A stretch of DNA of 64,000 nt from Candidatus Eiseniibacteriota bacterium (GTDB lineage Bacteria; Eisenbacteria; RBG-16-71-46; CAVPCR01). This document shows, in pieces, positions 59,404 to 64,000 of the stretch. The notes under the pieces were generated by a model. It did not search any database and was not told the DNA's origin. It was given only the letters and a program-made list of their open reading frames with translations. Each line of letters starts with the position of its first letter. The first letter of the stretch is position 1. Location: contig CAWGMA010000001.1 in NCBI GenBank assembly GCA_963823555.1, forward strand, positions 1,184,001 through 1,248,000, in the 5' to 3' direction. Both the position numbers and the translations under genes were made by a program.

Positions 59404-61875
59404 GTGCCAACGATTGCGCTCTATCGCGTGCTCGCCGTTCTCGCCGGCGCCATCCTGTTCGTCTCTGTCGTGGCGCCCTTCGACACGTCGATGCTCGGCG
59501 GCGTGGCCCTGGCCGCGCCTCTGCTATCGCGGATGCTCGGGAGGCAACGTCGTTGGCGGCTCTTCCGGGGAGTGCTGCGCCTGGGGCTCGTGAGCACTGC
59601 TCTTATCGCCGCGGCCGGGACCGAGGTCGGCATGCGCCCGTCCGGCGTCATGGCGGAGCTCGCCCGCATCACGGCCGAGGTCGGGGCGAACGCGGACCGG
59701 GACCGACCTCAGCTCTGGCTCGGTCGCATCACGGGGATTCCGTTCCCCGTCCCGGATGGCACCGAGGCCCACCTCGCGCTCGCCGGTCGCCTCGGCGGCG
59801 CGGGGCTCGAGCCGGTTCGCGGTCGCATCGTCGTCTCCTTTCCGGATCGAACGCCGGAGCCAGGGGAATGGTGGCTCGTTCGCGGCGTGATCGTCGTTCC
59901 CGAACCGCGGAGGAACCCGGGAGGCATCGATGCGCGGGGGCGAGCCGAGCGACTCGGTTGGGCGGGACGGATGACCGTCGTGCGCGCGAGCGCTGCGCGC
60001 CGGCTCGCGTCGCGGCCCTCACTCGCCGCGCGGCCGGATCTCGCCCTTGCGACCGGCATCGGGGTCGTGCGCGCGCGTGTGCACCACGCCCTGGCCGCGC
60101 GCATGGCGGCCGAGACCGCAGGTCTCGCCGAGGCCATGTCGCTCGGCATGCGCGGCTCCCTGTGGCCGGAGACGGGGGCGGCCTTCCGGGCTCTCGGCTG
60201 GTCGCATCTGATCGCCGTCTCGGGGATGAACGTCGGTTTCGTGGCGGGGCTCGCGGCGGCAGGGCTCGGCATCTTTCGCGTGAGATGGCGATCGCCGGTG
60301 CTCGCGCTCGTCATGGTCGCGTACGGCGTGGTCACGGGTGGTGAGCCGCCCGTCATGCGCGCCGTCGTGATGGGGCTCGCAGCACTCCTGGCCCGGGCGA
60401 CGGAGCGCGCGCTCCCGACGGGGCGCTCACTGGTGCTGGCGGCCTTTCTGAGCCTGGCCGCCGCGCCGCGCTGGATCGAGGACGCCGGGTTCCAGCTGTC
60501 CTTCGCCGCCATTGCGGGCATGGCCCTCCTCGGTCCGCGGATCGACTGGTCGCATCCGCTGGCATGGCTCGCCGGTCGTACGCGACTGGCGCGCTTCGTG
60601 GTCCTGCCGTTGTGGACCGGCTTCGCCGCTCAGGTCGGGTGCTTGCCCATTCTGGCCGAGACCTTTCATTGCGTGAGCCCCTGGGGCGTGATCACGGGAC
60701 CGGTGGCGATTCCGCACTCCGGGATCTTCGTGTCGGCGTTGCTTCTGGGGATGCCGCTCCTTGCGCTGCCCGGACCGCTCGGCGCTGGGCTTCTCTCGGG
60801 CGCGGCGGTGCTCGGCGAGGCGCTCATTGCCGGGAGCCGTCTCGGAGCGCGGCATCTGGCTGCCCCCTGGCCGGTGCCGCCTCCGGGACCGCTCCCGATC
60901 GCGGCGCTCGTGCTCGGGGTGTGCGGGGTGTCGCTGCTTCGCGGGCGGCCGGGGCCGAGGGCGGTGGCTGCGCTGGTGGCGGTCGCGGCCGGGATGGTGA
61001 TCCTCTGCGGGCTGCCGCCGCCGGGAGGGCCGGTGGCGTGCGTGGAGGTCGTGTTCCTCGATGTGCGGCAGGGGGATGCGATCCTCGTCGTCGGCCGGGG
61101 CGCGCCGGGATGGGAGCGCCACCTCGGACTCAGGCGGAGGCCCCGGTGCGTGTTCGCGATCGATGCCGGGGATGCGCCGCCGGAGGGGCTCGACTCGGGC
61201 GCACGGATCGTGGCGCCAGCGGTGGCGGCCTTGGGAGCGCGGGGGATCGACGCCTTCATCGCCTCGCATGGCGACCGCGATCACGTGGGCGGGTTGCCTG
61301 GGCTCGCGCACGCGATGTCGATCGAGGAGATCTTCTGGCCGGCGCCCTACGAGCCGCCGCGGGCGATTCTTGCGTTGACAGCGGAGGACGGCGGCAAGCG
61401 CTCGCGTCTGAAGCGCGCCGCGGCTGGGGATACGCTCCTCGCGCTGCCGGGTCTCGTGGTGCGAGCTCTGCACCCGCCGCGAGACTATGGCGGCGATGAG
61501 AACAACGGCTCGCTCGTGGTCCTCATCGAGGCGCCGGGGACGCGGGTGCTCCTTGCCGGAGATATCGAAGCGGAGGGGGAGTCGGTGCTCTGCGCGGAGG
61601 GCGGGACGCTGCGGGCGGATGTCGTGAAGGTGCCGCACCACGGGAGCGCGACCTCGAGCGGAGCGGAACTGGTCGCCGCCACGCACGCCCGGCACGCGGT
61701 GGTGAGCGTGGGCCGGCGGAACCGCTTCGGGCATCCCGATCCAGCGGTGCTCGCGCGGTGGGGGGAGGCCGGAGCGCGGGTGTGGCGCACCGATCAGGAG
61801 GGGGCGGTGATCGCCCGGATCGAGCGGGGGCGGGTGGGGGTCAGGTGCACGGTGGGGGAGCCTGGGAGCACGTGA
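59404..61875 (+). CDS. comEC: DNA uptake channel ComEC/Rec2
   Basis: HLIAVSGMNV, GFQLSF, DVRQGD, SHGDRDH, KVPHHGS, FGHP, WRTD. Confidence 0.92.
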   Translation: MPTIALYRVLAVLAGAILFVSVVAPFDTSMLGGVALAAPLLSRMLGRQRRWRLFRGVLRLGLVSTALIAAAGTEVGMRPSGVMAELARITAEVGANADRDRPQLWLGRITGIPFPVPDGTEAHLALAGRLGGAGLEPVRGRIVVSFPDRTPEPGEWWLVRGVIVVPEPRRNPGGIDARGRAERLGWAGRMTVVRASAARRLASRPSLAARPDLALATGIGVVRARVHHALAARMAAETAGLAEAMSLGMRGSLWPETGAAFRALGWSHLIAVSGMNVGFVAGLAAAGLGIFRVRWRSPVLALVMVAYGVVTGGEPPVMRAVVMGLAALLARATERALPTGRSLVLAAFLSLAAAPRWIEDAGFQLSFAAIAGMALLGPRIDWSHPLAWLAGRTRLARFVVLPLWTGFAAQVGCLPILAETFHCVSPWGVITGPVAIPHSGIFVSALLLGMPLLALPGPLGAGLLSGAAVLGEALIAGSRLGARHLAAPWPVPPPGPLPIAALVLGVCGVSLLRGRPGPRAVAALVAVAAGMVILCGLPPPGGPVACVEVVFLDVRQGDAILVVGRGAPGWERHLGLRRRPRCVFAIDAGDAPPEGLDSGARIVAPAVAALGARGIDAFIASHGDRDHVGGLPGLAHAMSIEEIFWPAPYEPPRAILALTAEDGGKRSRLKRAAAGDTLLALPGLVVRALHPPRDYGGDENNGSLVVLIEAPGTRVLLAGDIEAEGESVLCAEGGTLRADVVKVPHHGSATSSGAELVAATHARHAVVSVGRRNRFGHPDPAVLARWGEAGARVWRTDQEGAVIARIERGRVGVRCTVGEPGST

Positions 61876-62019
61876 TCAGGGATTTCGTGCGGTCGGCCTC
61901 GCCTCGCTTCGGCGTCGCAGGACAGCCCGGTTCCCCCTGCCGGCTGGGGCGGGTATATGGGTTCCGCCTGGGATGTTTCCGCTGAAACAAGTGCGCGATC
62001 TCCAGACGGGCGCCTCGCG

Positions 62020-62280
62020 CTGCAGCGGTGCCGACAGCACTCGGTGTTTCGCCAGGAGGCAGGTGTGTCGCGCCCGGTTTGGACACAACCGGCGTCGCCC
62101 CTGGTTGCAGAAGAGCGGGGCCGAGGGGTCGAAACTCTCGTGGCGCGACTGCTTGTAGAGCCAGAAGCGAGAGAGCTTCTCAACGAGCGCATCTGGTAGG
62201 AACATGTCACCAACACGCTCGCCCTTGGCGATCTCGGGACGAAGTCTGACCCGCGTGCGCGGCGTGCCGGAAGATCCATC
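62020..62280 (-). pseudogene. Tyrosine recombinase/integrase remnant (internal fragment); boundaries approximate
   Basis: GTPRTRVRLRPEIAKGERVGDMFLPDAL...PLFCNQ resembles the catalytic-Lys hairpin region; no N-terminal Arg box, HxxR or Tyr seen. Confidence 0.5.
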
Positions 62281-62659
62281 CTGCGCCCGCGGCGCTTGCC
62301 GTAACAGCGAAAGGGGCGTACCCTCGGTGGCAATTCAGTAGGCTCCTCGCATGCCGAGCGCCGCACCCCATCCAGGTCGCCGACCGAGGAGGCGGGATCT
62401 ACTTGGTCCCAAGGAGGTGCCATGGACCGGCGGAGTGGCTGGCTTGGCTCGATCCCGTCACGCCTGTCCGTTGCCTCCACCTGTTTCGGCACCCGCCAGC
62501 ACGATAAAGACCGCCCACAGACGCGAACATCCCGCTTTCGCTGCGGTCCCTGCGCCTCAACGGCGCGACTCATTCCAGGGGGGGACATCAAATGACGGGG
62601 AGACTTTGGTCTGGTTCCTCTAACCGGCCACGCCCAAATCCGAGGGGAGGACTTCAGTC

Positions 62660-63556
62660 ATGACACGCAGGGCAGTTGGCGCGCTATGCGTCGTGGTCCT
62701 GGCGGCCGCGCTTGCATCAGGCTTCGTTCTCTCCATGCCTGCCATCGCCCAGAATCTTGTCTACAACGGCGATTTTGAGTACGGCAACCAGGGTTTTGTG
62801 TCCGAATACTCCTATTCGCCCGGTAACATCTGGGCCGCGAGGACCTACGACATCGTCACTGATCCTAGCCACTCGCATCCGTACGCCGTTTCCTATGGTG
62901 ATCACACCACGGGTTCTGGCCTGATGATGGCCGTCAATGGCGCCACGGACGGCGGGTCCGTAGTCTGGTCGCAGACAATCCCGGTGGCCCCCGGGTCTCG
63001 ATATGTTTTCTCCATCTGGCTCTCCTCTTGGGTCGAGGACTCGCCAGCGCAACTCGACCTGCGCTTCAACGGCCAGCCTGCGGGGATGATCTCCGCTCCT
63101 ATGACCACCGCGCTCTGGGAGCGATCGGAGAGAACTTGGGACTCGGGCGGCAACACCACGCTGGTCATCAGTATTGTCGATAGAACCACCGCCTTCGGAG
63201 GAAACGACTTCGCCCTGGATGATCTATCGATGACTCTCGCCGAACCGGCAGCCGCAACCGGAGAGCCTCAACCGTCGGTTCTTCCCTCCGTCCGTGCATT
63301 CCCGAATCCGACAAGTTCGCACACGAGCCTGGCCATCACGGGAGTCCCCGCTACCTCGTGCCGTGTCGACATCTACTCTGTAACCGGGATTCTGGTTCGA
63401 AGCCTAGCTTGCTCGGCTGGCGGAGCCGGAGAGGAGGTGGTCATGCTACCGTGGGACGGACGAAATCGGGACGGTCAACCTGCGGCGCGTGGCGTCTACC
63501 TGGCTCGACTTCACGAGTATCCGACAGTTGAAGCCAAGATCGTCTTGGTTCATTAG
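62660..63556 (+). CDS. Secreted carbohydrate-binding-like protein with C-terminal FlgD-Ig / T9SS-type-A-like domain
   Basis: Signal peptide; NLVYNGDFE, GNDFALDD; AFPNP...IYSVTGILVRSL...WDGRNRDG...GVYLARL. Confidence 0.8.
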   Translation: MTRRAVGALCVVVLAAALASGFVLSMPAIAQNLVYNGDFEYGNQGFVSEYSYSPGNIWAARTYDIVTDPSHSHPYAVSYGDHTTGSGLMMAVNGATDGGSVVWSQTIPVAPGSRYVFSIWLSSWVEDSPAQLDLRFNGQPAGMISAPMTTALWERSERTWDSGGNTTLVISIVDRTTAFGGNDFALDDLSMTLAEPAAATGEPQPSVLPSVRAFPNPTSSHTSLAITGVPATSCRVDIYSVTGILVRSLACSAGGAGEEVVMLPWDGRNRDGQPAARGVYLARLHEYPTVEAKIVLVH

Positions 63557-63715
63557 GATGTGGTCAAGTAGACGCTCCGGATGGGGCGTTGAAGCCTGAG
63601 CCCGAGTGTCCGAAGATAAGCGACGGTCGCGATCCCAATGCGGTGCAACCTTCGACGTGGGTGATCAGAGCATCGTGGGCCCGATGAGTAGGCAAGGGCT
63701 CCTGACCTCGAAGCA

Positions 63716-64000
63716 TCACCGCCGGCCGCTGGCGCGCCCCGCCCCCTCGACCTTGATCCGGCCCCAGGTCGCCGGGGCGACAGGGGTCACGAGCGGGAGA
63801 TCATCGGCAATGAAGATGTCCCAGTTGCCGTTGCGGTGCGAATGAAAGGCGATGCGCTGCCCGTCGGGTGACCAGCGCGGGCGCGTGTTGTAGAGCCCGT
63901 CGGTGGTGATCGGGACCGCGAAGGATCCATCCTCGGTCATGATCCAGATGTCGAACGGCAGCTGGGTGAGTTGATCGAGGTTCAGCACGCCGTCGCCCGG
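63716..64000 (-). CDS. TolB/PD40 beta-propeller protein, C-terminal part, with TWGxIK tail (5' end outside window)
   Basis: PRWSPDGQRIAFHSHRNGNWDIF; VTPVAPATWGRIK. Confidence 0.8.
   Translation of the reverse strand, partial: PGDGVLNLDQLTQLPFDIWIMTEDGSFAVPITTDGLYNTRPRWSPDGQRIAFHSHRNGNWDIFIADDLPLVTPVAPATWGRIKVEGAGRASGRR

Noticed and set aside
62422..62595. 57-aa ORF after AAGGAGGT
   Set aside because: The SD-ATG spacing is very short, there is no recognisable motif, and it sits in a decayed region. It cannot be supported without homologues.

Overview
GC-rich bacterial chromosome segment, mostly core and envelope genes. The gene content and secreted-protein tails suggest an FCB-related lineage such as Ca. 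Eisenbacteria or Latescibacterota (inference only). In order: groEL 3' part, a GAF-GAF histidine kinase with response regulator, tRNA-Phe, tRNA-Thr, glmM-glmS-ridA, tRNA-Sec, lepA-lepB-hemW, a surface-glycan block (3 GT4, flippase, WcaJ-like transferase, wecB), rhomboid, GT-C/TPR, a doubly frameshifted dcd, slipin-nfeD, asd, a methyltransferase-bshC-bshB1-bshA bacillithiol operon, pgeF, DUF1611 plus epimerase, CDF transporter, MBL hydrolase, CCA enzyme, M23 peptidase, prenyl synthase-rsfS-argS-pfkB, ExeA-like ATPase, an Stt3/AglB-like glycosyltransferase behind a lipoprotein, pabC/pabB and comEC. The window ends in an accessory tail with an integrase remnant and secreted proteins. Most interesting: (1) a shared C-terminal T-[AP]-V-x-P-x-TWG-x-IK tail on two unrelated proteins, a candidate protein-sorting signal; (2) an oligosaccharyltransferase-like enzyme with a rewritten WWDxG motif next to a sequon-bearing lipoprotein; (3) probable N-methyl-bacillithiol synthesis; (4) apparent ATC and CTG start codons. 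All calls come from motif recognition by eye; no searches were run.
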